DNA of 64,000 nt, taken from assembly GCA_045660295.1 (NCBI GenBank), contig JAZRDN010000043.1, forward strand, positions 378 through 64,377, written 5' to 3'. This DNA comes from Eubacteriales bacterium. GTDB lineage: Bacteria; Bacillota; Clostridia; Oscillospirales; CAG-272. Of the stretch, positions 56,682 to 64,000 are shown piece after piece (positions within the stretch are counted from its first letter, which is position 1; every line of letters begins with the position of its first letter). The position numbers were made by a program, and so were the translations under genes. Under the pieces are notes generated by a model. The model worked only from the letters and a program-made list of their open reading frames with translations. It did no database searches and was not told the DNA's origin.

Positions 56682-58397
56682 TCAAAGTGAAAAATCGGTG
56701 CTTTCGGGAGTAGGTTCAAGCGTTTCCGAGGCTGTCTTGGCAATAAACGCGCCCTGAATTTTTTGAGTTGTCTCGACGATGAAGCCGCCTACGTGCGACT
56801 TAAGCTCGTCACGTCTGAGGTACTCAACGCAGGTATCCTCACTCATTTTGTCAAGCGTGGCGATAAGATCCTCGCCCGTGGGGCGGATAGAGAGGATTAT
56901 GCCGTCGTTTATGAGCTTGCCGATGTAGCCGTGCATTTTTTTCAGATCCTCAAAGTCGGGAAGCCCGTTTTCAAGGAAAATAGGCTCAAGGTAGAAGATA
57001 TAGCTGTCCTTGCCGCATATTTTTGCGGGGATATTGCTCTTTGTGGGCGAGAGCGTGTGGAATTTCAAGCTTGCCGACTCTCCGTATTCAATTGACGGTG
57101 AGTAATCGCAAACGCCAAGCTCGCACTGAGCGCGGTACGCGCCGAGAATAAGCTCGACCGACTCACCCAGCGCCTTTTCGGTGGGCTCGTTAAGCGGAAG
57201 CGTGTACGCGCCCGCGCCGATAATGTCGCTCTCTCCACCGGCTATGGTAAGCGAATAAGAATAAAGCACCGAGTTGAAGCCCGCCATAAAAGCGTTTTTG
57301 CCGCCTTGCGCCGCGCCGCTGAATTTGTAGCGATTGCCGTTTATGCCCACGTAAATCGAGCTTTCGCAAGCGTTCGTCCCATTTTCCTTGCCGTCGGCCT
57401 CGCAACCGAAGGGGCGCGCGAGTTTCAGCGCGTTGAGCAAGCCTGTGCTCAGCGAAAGTCTGATACCCGGCGTGGACACTGCGGTTATTTTGTTTGAATT
57501 GTCAAGCGAACCCAGCAGAATGACTCGGAGTCCTATTTCCTGTGCCGCTATAAGCATGTCCGCGGCAGACTCCTTGCTTGCGGTGATTATCACACCGCGG
57601 TCGCTGTCTGTCAGGTGCTCGAAGGGGAAACCGCTTGCCGACCTTGCCTCGTAGGACATGGTGTTTAGCCTTATGCCCGTGTTAAGTTCCGCAAGGGCGG
57701 TTATTACGCACTGTCCGTCAAGTGCGATTATTTGCTTTGCCACGGCGAGAGCCTCTGCTGATGAGACGAAATCCTCTAATTTTTTATTGAAATCGTATGT
57801 GTTGTTGAAGCTGTTCAGCACCGCGTAAATGGCGTCACCCGCCACAGGCGCGCTTGCGCGGGCATTTTTGATCTTTACGCCGATAACAGAGTCGGCGATC
57901 TCCTCGCCGTTTGAAACGACCTTTCTGTAGCGGCTCGCCGCCACGTCGAGCACTCGGTTCTTGCCCGAAAAAAGCCTTACTTCGGGGCTTTCATTTCCGC
58001 TTGCCGCCTTTATGTACGTGGGGAGAATGTCAAGCATCTCGCGGACAGAGCAGGGAGCTGTGTAATCCGGTTTGACCGCTTTTCTGCGCGCCATAAGGTC
58101 GGCGTAGGTGTCGGCAACCGTCTTGTCGTTGGTCATAAACGACGCTATAAGAAGCGCGCTTGCTTGCTTACTGCGGTCGTAAAATACGCGGTCTGTAATT
58201 TTAAGCTCGTCCACCGTGGGATTTGAAAGACGTTGGTTTTGGTAATAATCCTGACAGAAGCGAAGCTCGGTGAGTCCCATTTTAAGCGAGAGCGCATCAC
58301 ACAGAGAGGTCAGAGCATCTTGAGTCAGAAAAGGAAAATCGGATATCGTTCCCGATGAAAGTCCCATGGGGATCTGTTGATTATTTGTGGTGTTCAT
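56682..58397 (-). CDS. Highly diverged PurL (FGAM synthase)-like protein lacking catalytic motif and glutaminase domain
   Basis: LKMGLTELRFCQDYY...PTVDELKITD and YLEPIFLENGLPDFEDLKK resemble clostridial PurL; no SDHCRH. Confidence 0.6.
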   Translation of the reverse strand: MNTTNNQQIPMGLSSGTISDFPFLTQDALTSLCDALSLKMGLTELRFCQDYYQNQRLSNPTVDELKITDRVFYDRSKQASALLIASFMTNDKTVADTYADLMARRKAVKPDYTAPCSVREMLDILPTYIKAASGNESPEVRLFSGKNRVLDVAASRYRKVVSNGEEIADSVIGVKIKNARASAPVAGDAIYAVLNSFNNTYDFNKKLEDFVSSAEALAVAKQIIALDGQCVITALAELNTGIRLNTMSYEARSASGFPFEHLTDSDRGVIITASKESAADMLIAAQEIGLRVILLGSLDNSNKITAVSTPGIRLSLSTGLLNALKLARPFGCEADGKENGTNACESSIYVGINGNRYKFSGAAQGGKNAFMAGFNSVLYSYSLTIAGGESDIIGAGAYTLPLNEPTEKALGESVELILGAYRAQCELGVCDYSPSIEYGESASLKFHTLSPTKSNIPAKICGKDSYIFYLEPIFLENGLPDFEDLKKMHGYIGKLINDGIILSIRPTGEDLIATLDKMSEDTCVEYLRRDELKSHVGGFIVETTQKIQGAFIAKTASETLEPTPESTDFSL

Positions 58398-58410
58398 TTT
58401 TCTGTCCTTT

Positions 58411-59718
58411 CTATTGCGATATGATCTCCGCGTCTATAACCTCGCCGTCACTTGAAATAAATCTTACTTTGTGAAGCTCTGAACGAAGCGAGCGTTCGGC
58501 TTTGACACGCACCTCCATGAAATTGTCGGTGTGTCCGTAGGCAAAGCCGTTATCAAAGTCCTCAAAAAGCACCTCTGCCGTCTTTACCTCGGCTACCGCC
58601 TTGTCAAGCAACTCTTTTCGCATACTTTTGCCAAGAGCTGAAAGCTCTGCAACACGGCTCTTTTTGACCGAGCCGTCTATTTGCTCCTTCATCTCAGCGG
58701 CGGGCGTGCCCGAGCGCTTTGAATATGGGAATACGTGCATCATCAGGAATTGCGCTTTTTTCGCAAACTCCATTGTCTCTTGGAAATTTTCCTCGCTCTC
58801 CGCGGGGAAGCCCACGATAATGTCTGTGGTAAAGCAAACGTCGGGCATTGCCTCGCGCAAAGAGTTTATTGCGGCGAGTGCCATTTCGGCGTTGTATTTG
58901 CGTTTCATCAGACGCAAAACCGAGTTGCTTCCGCTTTGCATCGAAATGTGGAAATGGTGAGCCAGCGAGCTTACCGAGGCTATTCTCTTTACAAAGTCGG
59001 GCTTCATGATAGAAGGGTCAAGCGAGCCGAGACGTATGCGCCCTATGCCATCGATCTTGTCGATCTCCTCAAGCAGCTCGGCAAGTGACGAGCCGATGTC
59101 GCGACCGTAAGAGCCTGTCTCAATGCCCGTAAGCACTATCTCTCGGCAACCGCCCCGAGTCAGCTTTTTTACCTCGTCTATGACGTCGCCAAAGGGCTTT
59201 GAGCGTATCCTTCCGCGTGCCTTGGGGATAATGCAGTAGGTGCAATGCGATTCGCATCCGTCCTCGATCTTTATGTAGGCGCGTGTGCGGTCGAATTTGG
59301 TTATACTCATCGGAAGAAAGGGTGCGGAGTTTATGTCTGTGACCTCGGCTACCGTCTCGGCGTTTTTTCGTCCGCTCTCAAGAAGCGACAGCGCCGCGTC
59401 GGCTATCTTGGTCTTGTCGGCGTTTCCGCAAACGTAATCCACGCCGAGAATTTTCTTGATGCTTTCGGCATCTGTTTCGGCAAGACACCCCGTGACCAAA
59501 ATATAAGCGTCGGGATTTTTTGATATAGCTCGTCTCACGGTCTGGCGTGCCTTGCGGTCGCTTTCAGCCGTAACCGTGCAGGTGTTTATTATGTAAAGGT
59601 CGCATACATCGTCCCCCTGCGTGGCAGTGAGACCGCGTGCCTCAAGAAGCTCGGAGATAGCCTCCGACTCATATTGGTTGACCTTGCATCCAAGCGTAAA
59701 TATTCCAAAGGTCGCCAT
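58411..59718 (-). CDS. mtaB: tRNA t6A37 methylthiotransferase
   Basis: TLGCKVNQYES, INTCTVT, GCESHCTYCIIP and HVFPYSKRSGTPAA. Confidence 0.92.
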   Translation of the reverse strand: MATFGIFTLGCKVNQYESEAISELLEARGLTATQGDDVCDLYIINTCTVTAESDRKARQTVRRAISKNPDAYILVTGCLAETDAESIKKILGVDYVCGNADKTKIADAALSLLESGRKNAETVAEVTDINSAPFLPMSITKFDRTRAYIKIEDGCESHCTYCIIPKARGRIRSKPFGDVIDEVKKLTRGGCREIVLTGIETGSYGRDIGSSLAELLEEIDKIDGIGRIRLGSLDPSIMKPDFVKRIASVSSLAHHFHISMQSGSNSVLRLMKRKYNAEMALAAINSLREAMPDVCFTTDIIVGFPAESEENFQETMEFAKKAQFLMMHVFPYSKRSGTPAAEMKEQIDGSVKKSRVAELSALGKSMRKELLDKAVAEVKTAEVLFEDFDNGFAYGHTDNFMEVRVKAERSLRSELHKVRFISSDGEVIDAEIISQ

Positions 59719-59901
59719 ATACGATCTCCTTTCGTGAAAATTTGAAATCGGTTTCGAACTAACTTATATTAAAATGTTTTGTTGATTAAATTATACCATA
59801 AAAATAAATTCAAGTAAATACTTTTTTCTGAAAAACACTTGAAAATTGTGTGAAATAATAGTATAATGATTGTGTCACAAAACAGGAAAAGAGGACAAGA
59901 A

Positions 59902-60531
59902 ATGAGCAAGCTTCACATACTCGATCATCCGCTTATCACGCACAAGCTTTCTATTATGAGAAATAAAAGAACGGGTTCAAAGGACTTTCGCGAGCTCCTT
60001 GACGAGATAGCCATGCTTATGGGGTATGAGATAACCCGCGACCTTCCGCTTGAGGATGTTGTTATTGAAACACCTATTGAAAAAATGATCGCTAAGACCG
60101 TTTCGGGTAAAAAGCTCGCCATAGTGCCGATACTCCGCGCGGGTCTTGGTATGGTTGAGGGCCTTCGCAAGCTTGTTCCCGTGGCAAAGGTGGGTCATAT
60201 CGGACTTTACCGCGACCCTGCCACACATAAGCCTGTTGAATACTACTGCAAGCTCCCCCACGACATAGAGGAGAGAATAGTCATTCTCGTTGACCCTATG
60301 CTCGCCACCGGCGGCTCGGCGGTTGACGCGCTTACTCTCCTTAAGCAGAGAGGGTGCAAGAACATTAAGTTTATGTGCCTTGTCGCGGCTCCCGAGGGAG
60401 TTGAGGCAGTGACCTCGGCGCACCCCGATATCGAAATATATACCGCCGCGCTTGACCGAGAGCTTAACGAAAAGGCTTATATCGTACCGGGTCTCGGCGA
60501 CGCGGGAGACAGAATTTTCGGAACACTTTGA
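59902..60531 (+). CDS. upp: Uracil phosphoribosyltransferase
   Basis: [20 protein letters not shown] and [12 protein letters not shown]. Confidence 0.96.
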   Translation: MSKLHILDHPLITHKLSIMRNKRTGSKDFRELLDEIAMLMGYEITRDLPLEDVVIETPIEKMIAKTVSGKKLAIVPILRAGLGMVEGLRKLVPVAKVGHIGLYRDPATHKPVEYYCKLPHDIEERIVILVDPMLATGGSAVDALTLLKQRGCKNIKFMCLVAAPEGVEAVTSAHPDIEIYTAALDRELNEKAYIVPGLGDAGDRIFGTL

Positions 60532-60584
60532 TTTGTATACGGGAGAGACTTCTCTCCCGTTTTGAATAGGCAAGGGGAATATAT

Positions 60585-61550
60585 ATGCGAATTTTAACAG
60601 TAAAGAAAAACGACGCGGGGCAGAGACTTGATAAGTTTATCACCAAAGCCGTAAAGGGGCTGCCCATGTCGATGATGTATAAGCTGGTGCGCACCAAAAA
60701 GATAAAGGTCAACCGCAAGCGCACCGAGCCTAACTATATGCTGGCAGAGGGTGACGAGATACAGCTTTTCATAAAAGAGGAGTTCTTTGACTCGCCCGAA
60801 AAGGATACTTCATCGCTCCGCACCATAACGCCCAAGCTGGATATATGCTATGAAGACGAAAACATTCTGCTTTGCAATAAACGCCCCGGTGTTCTCGTGC
60901 ATGAGGATACCGACGGCGTTGACAATACTCTTATCATGCACGTAAAGGCGTATCTGTGCCAAAAGGGCGAGTATACCCCCGAGGACGAGCAATCCTTTGC
61001 TCCCGCGCTTTGCAACCGAATTGACCGCAATACGGGCGGTATCGTTATCGCCGCCAAGAACGCCGAGGCGCTTCGCGTGATGAATGAGAAAATTCGGAAC
61101 GACGAGATAAGAAAATTCTATTACTGTATCGTGCGCGGTGAACCGAAAAAGAGGTCTGACACGCTCACAGGCTGGCTTCGAAAGGATAGCCGCAACAATA
61201 CCGTAGAGGTATTTGACAGCAAGGTGAATGGCAGTAAGAATATTATCACAAAATATAAGGTGTTGGCAACCAAAGGCTGTGAAAGCCTTGTCGAGGTCGA
61301 GCTTGTTACGGGGCGTACACATCAGATAAGAGCGCATATGGCGCACATCGGTCATCCGCTTGTGGGTGACGGAAAATACGGCGTAAACCGAGAGGATAAG
61401 CGCCGTGGATATAAATTTCAGGCACTATACGCCTATAAGCTCAAATTCGCGTTTGCGGATAAAGAGGGACTCCTTGGGTATCTTGACGGCAAGACCGTCG
61501 CTCTTGACAAAAAGGATATCTGGTTTTTAAAGGATTTTGATAATGCTTGA
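60585..61550 (+). CDS. RluA-family pseudouridine synthase with S4 domain (RluC-like)
   Basis: GQRLDKF, NRIDRNTGG, TGRTHQIR and HPLVGDGKY. Confidence 0.92.
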   Translation: MRILTVKKNDAGQRLDKFITKAVKGLPMSMMYKLVRTKKIKVNRKRTEPNYMLAEGDEIQLFIKEEFFDSPEKDTSSLRTITPKLDICYEDENILLCNKRPGVLVHEDTDGVDNTLIMHVKAYLCQKGEYTPEDEQSFAPALCNRIDRNTGGIVIAAKNAEALRVMNEKIRNDEIRKFYYCIVRGEPKKRSDTLTGWLRKDSRNNTVEVFDSKVNGSKNIITKYKVLATKGCESLVEVELVTGRTHQIRAHMAHIGHPLVGDGKYGVNREDKRRGYKFQALYAYKLKFAFADKEGLLGYLDGKTVALDKKDIWFLKDFDNA

Positions 61551-61713
61551 TTTTGTTTGTAAGAACAAAAGAATATTGATTCCGATAGCTATCGCCCTCA
61601 GTGCGGTGCTTATGGCTCTGTGCGTTATGTTTACCGAGCTTGCGGCGGCTGTGGCAATGTGTGTTTTCGCGGCGTCAGCCGTGGTAACGGCAATTGTGAA
61701 AAAGAAAAAATAA
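61543..61713 (+). CDS. 56-aa two-TM small protein (below the ORF-track cutoff)
   Basis: ATG overlaps the upstream stop (ATGCTTGA); MLDFVCKNKRILIPIAIALSAVLMALCVMFTELAAAVAMCVFAASAVVTAIVKKKK*. Confidence 0.6.
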   Translation: MLDFVCKNKRILIPIAIALSAVLMALCVMFTELAAAVAMCVFAASAVVTAIVKKKK

Positions 61714-61796
61714 AGGACATAACGAATAGGTTATCAATAATTTACCGCACAAAATAAAACAGGGACTGTACTCTTAGTGATACAGTCCCTTTGCTA

Positions 61797-62378
61797 TTAT
61801 TTCTGGGGGTCAAGATACTTCCAATAGGAAACTATGTAGTTGATACCCGACCAGAGCGTGAAGACAATCATAAGCGCCGTGGTGAGGTACGTGAGAGGAA
61901 GATAGGTTGCCATGAATTCAAGCCCGGGAATCATGTAGATAAGCGGCTCGATGATTACCGCGCAAACGCAGGCTATCTGTGTGCAGGTCTTTATCTTTCC
62001 AAGCCAGTTTGCGGCAATTACGACTCCGCTTGAGCTGGAGGCTACAAGGCGGATAGATGTAACCGCAAGCTCGCGGAAAATAACTATTATAACCGCCCAG
62101 ATGAATATGGGGCGTATGGTTTCGTATTTGTAGAGAATAACGAGCAACGCGCCGATGACCATAAATTTGTCGGCAAGCGGGTCGATGAATTTTCCGAAGT
62201 CGGTGATGAGATTGTACTTGCGCGCTATCTTGCCGTCAAGCATGTCGGTAAGCGACGCTATAATGAAAAGTGCCACGCCGATAATACTGCCCCAGATACC
62301 GATAGGGAGCATCATAACAACAACGAATATCGGAACCATGATCATGCGGAGAACCGAGAGTTTGTTTGGTAAATTCAT
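61797..62378 (-). CDS. pgsA: CDP-diacylglycerol--glycerol-3-phosphate 3-phosphatidyltransferase
   Basis: MNLPNKLS and TDMLDGKIARKYNLITDFGKFIDPLADK. Confidence 0.95.
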   Translation of the reverse strand: MNLPNKLSVLRMIMVPIFVVVMMLPIGIWGSIIGVALFIIASLTDMLDGKIARKYNLITDFGKFIDPLADKFMVIGALLVILYKYETIRPIFIWAVIIVIFRELAVTSIRLVASSSSGVVIAANWLGKIKTCTQIACVCAVIIEPLIYMIPGLEFMATYLPLTYLTTALMIVFTLWSGINYIVSYWKYLDPQK

Positions 62379-62393
62379 AACTTGTGTCCTTTC

Positions 62394-63746
62394 TTACTTT
62401 GACTTGGGCGTGATGGCAACACCGTAAAGGTCGTAGTCAACTACGTCTCTGATTTTTACCTCGACAAAAGAGCCGGGGGCAATTCTCATTTCACTCTTGA
62501 AGTATACCTTGCCGTCGATTTCGGGGGCGTCGTTGGCACTTCTGCCAAAGTGCGCCTCGCTTACGGGGTCAAAGTCCTCGCAAAGCACCGTGATGACCTT
62601 TCCGATCATCTTTTTGTTGTTTTCCTCGTTTATCTCAAGCTGTTCGCGCATGAGAATGTCCTGACGGTCTATCTTTATCTGCTCATCTATCTGGTCGGGG
62701 AAATCGTATGCGGGGGTGTCCTCCTCGCGTGAGTAGGTGAATACTCCCACGCGCTCGAATCTCGTTTCCTTAACAAACTCGCAAAGTTCTATGAAATCCT
62801 CCTCGGTCTCACCGGGAAAGCCTACGATAAAGGTCGTTCTTATCATAATATCGGGAATCTCGCGACGGAGCTTGGCAATGACATCTTTCACCATTGCGCT
62901 GTCTCCGTGGCGGTTCATTGCCTTGAGCATGTGGTCGGAAATGTGCTGAATCGGCAAGTCGATGTATTTGAGAATACGCGGATTGTCGCGCATCTCGGCA
63001 ATAAGCTCGTCGGTTATCTTGTCGGGGTAGCAGTAGAGAAGTCTTATCCATGGGATAGAGGTCTCCTCTGTTATCTTGCGAAGCAGAGCCGCCAGCTTGT
63101 ACTCGCCGTACAGGTCAAGACCGTAGCGCGTGATGTCCTGCGCTACCACGTTAAGCTCCTTGACTCCAAGCGCCTCAAGCTGCTTTGCCTCGGCGATAAT
63201 GTCGTCCATCTCACGGCTGCGGAAGCGTCCGCGTATGCCGGGGATAGCGCAGTAGGCGCATTTGTTGTCACAACCCTCGGCAATCTTTATGTAAGCCGAA
63301 TAATCGGGGGTCGTAAGCACTCTGTCACCGCCGAGAACCACCTCGTCGTTTTTGAGGTAAGAGGAGTATTTCTTTTTAGAGCCCTTCTTTTTCTTTACAG
63401 TCACCGCTTCTACCGCCTCGACTATGTTGTGGATGCTTCCCACGCCGAGAATTGCGTCTACCTCGGGGAGCTCCTCAAAAATCTGGTCGCGGTAACGCTC
63501 CGCAAGACAGCCAGTGACTACGATAGCCTTAAGAGTATGGTGTTTTTTGAGCCACGCGATGTCAAGAATGTTGTCAATAGCCTCCTGCTTTGCGCTCTCA
63601 ATGAACGCGCAGGTGTTTATAATAACCACATCCGCTTCGGTCTCCTCGGGGGTGACCTCATAGCCCGCCGCCATAAGCTCGTGAAGCATAACCTCGGTGT
63701 CGAGCTGGTTCTTGGGACAACCGAGCGAAACAAATCCAATTTTCAT
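62394..63746 (-). CDS. rimO: Ribosomal protein S12 methylthiotransferase
   Basis: SLGCPKNQLD, INTCAFI, EGCDNKCAYCAIP, RLLYCYP and APEIDG. Confidence 0.94.
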   Translation of the reverse strand: MKIGFVSLGCPKNQLDTEVMLHELMAAGYEVTPEETEADVVIINTCAFIESAKQEAIDNILDIAWLKKHHTLKAIVVTGCLAERYRDQIFEELPEVDAILGVGSIHNIVEAVEAVTVKKKKGSKKKYSSYLKNDEVVLGGDRVLTTPDYSAYIKIAEGCDNKCAYCAIPGIRGRFRSREMDDIIAEAKQLEALGVKELNVVAQDITRYGLDLYGEYKLAALLRKITEETSIPWIRLLYCYPDKITDELIAEMRDNPRILKYIDLPIQHISDHMLKAMNRHGDSAMVKDVIAKLRREIPDIMIRTTFIVGFPGETEEDFIELCEFVKETRFERVGVFTYSREEDTPAYDFPDQIDEQIKIDRQDILMREQLEINEENNKKMIGKVITVLCEDFDPVSEAHFGRSANDAPEIDGKVYFKSEMRIAPGSFVEVKIRDVVDYDLYGVAITPKSK

Positions 63747-63930
63747 TCTTTATATCCTTTCGGTAAAATACTACATTATAATCATACCACATTAATCACT
63801 CAAAGTCAACCGATTTTGTTCTTCAAAAAATGAAAAATCTGAAAATTTATAGATATATTTGTTGACTTTTTTGCGATTTTATGATATATCTATTATAATA
63901 ATATTAATTATAAGGCGGAGGAATGAAACC

Positions 63931-64000
63931 GTGAAAAAGAAAGACGTTATTGTAAACGCAGTCGTATATTTTATATTTGTTATCGTTTCGTGCGTTTTCG
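63931..64000 (+). CDS. 5' start of a membrane/secreted protein (runs off the window)
   Basis: RBS GGAGGA, GTG start, KKKDVIVNAVVYFIFVIVSCVF. Confidence 0.55.
   Translation, partial: MKKKDVIVNAVVYFIFVIVSCVF

Noticed and set aside
59743-59756. cre/LacI-like site TGAAATCGGTTTCG in the mtaB leader
   Set aside because: Imperfect single match with no supporting context
1-64000. Prophage, ICE, IS or stop-codon recoding
   Set aside because: No integrase, transposase, relaxase or structural gene recognised; conserved genes end normally at TAA, TAG and TGA

Overview
A 64-kb chromosomal window from a spore-forming Clostridia-type Firmicute (spoVAD/spoVAE, hprK, L21-Prp-L27, SigA-type promoters). It opens with a fermentation/H2 cluster: adhE end, APH-fold kinase, two 2Fe-2S proteins, a PAS-containing sensory [FeFe] hydrogenase, a PP2C/SpoIIE phosphatase and a catalytic [FeFe] hydrogenase. 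The rest is mostly housekeeping and transport genes (dxs, argH, TAXI-TRAP, nfnAB, tyrS, mtaB, upp, pgsA, rimO, ABC/ECF transporters), plus tRNA-Leu(GAG), a cobalamin riboswitch and an L21 leader. No integrase, transposase, phage gene or CRISPR array was found. Even so, several small accessory cassettes are bracketed by direct repeats of host sequence: a 60-bp perfect tyrS 3'-end duplication around a GH1 gene, a 27-bp terminator duplication around a lipoprotein/XRE cassette, and a tRNA 3'-end duplication plus two repeated hairpin modules around a RICIN-CHAP gene. Other notable items are a ~400-bp symmetrical multi-hairpin element, a ~240-nt structured leader with its own terminator, an orphan mazF, a degenerate PurL-like protein and several orphan gene-end remnants. 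All calls come from reading the sequence and recalling motifs; no searches or folding were run.
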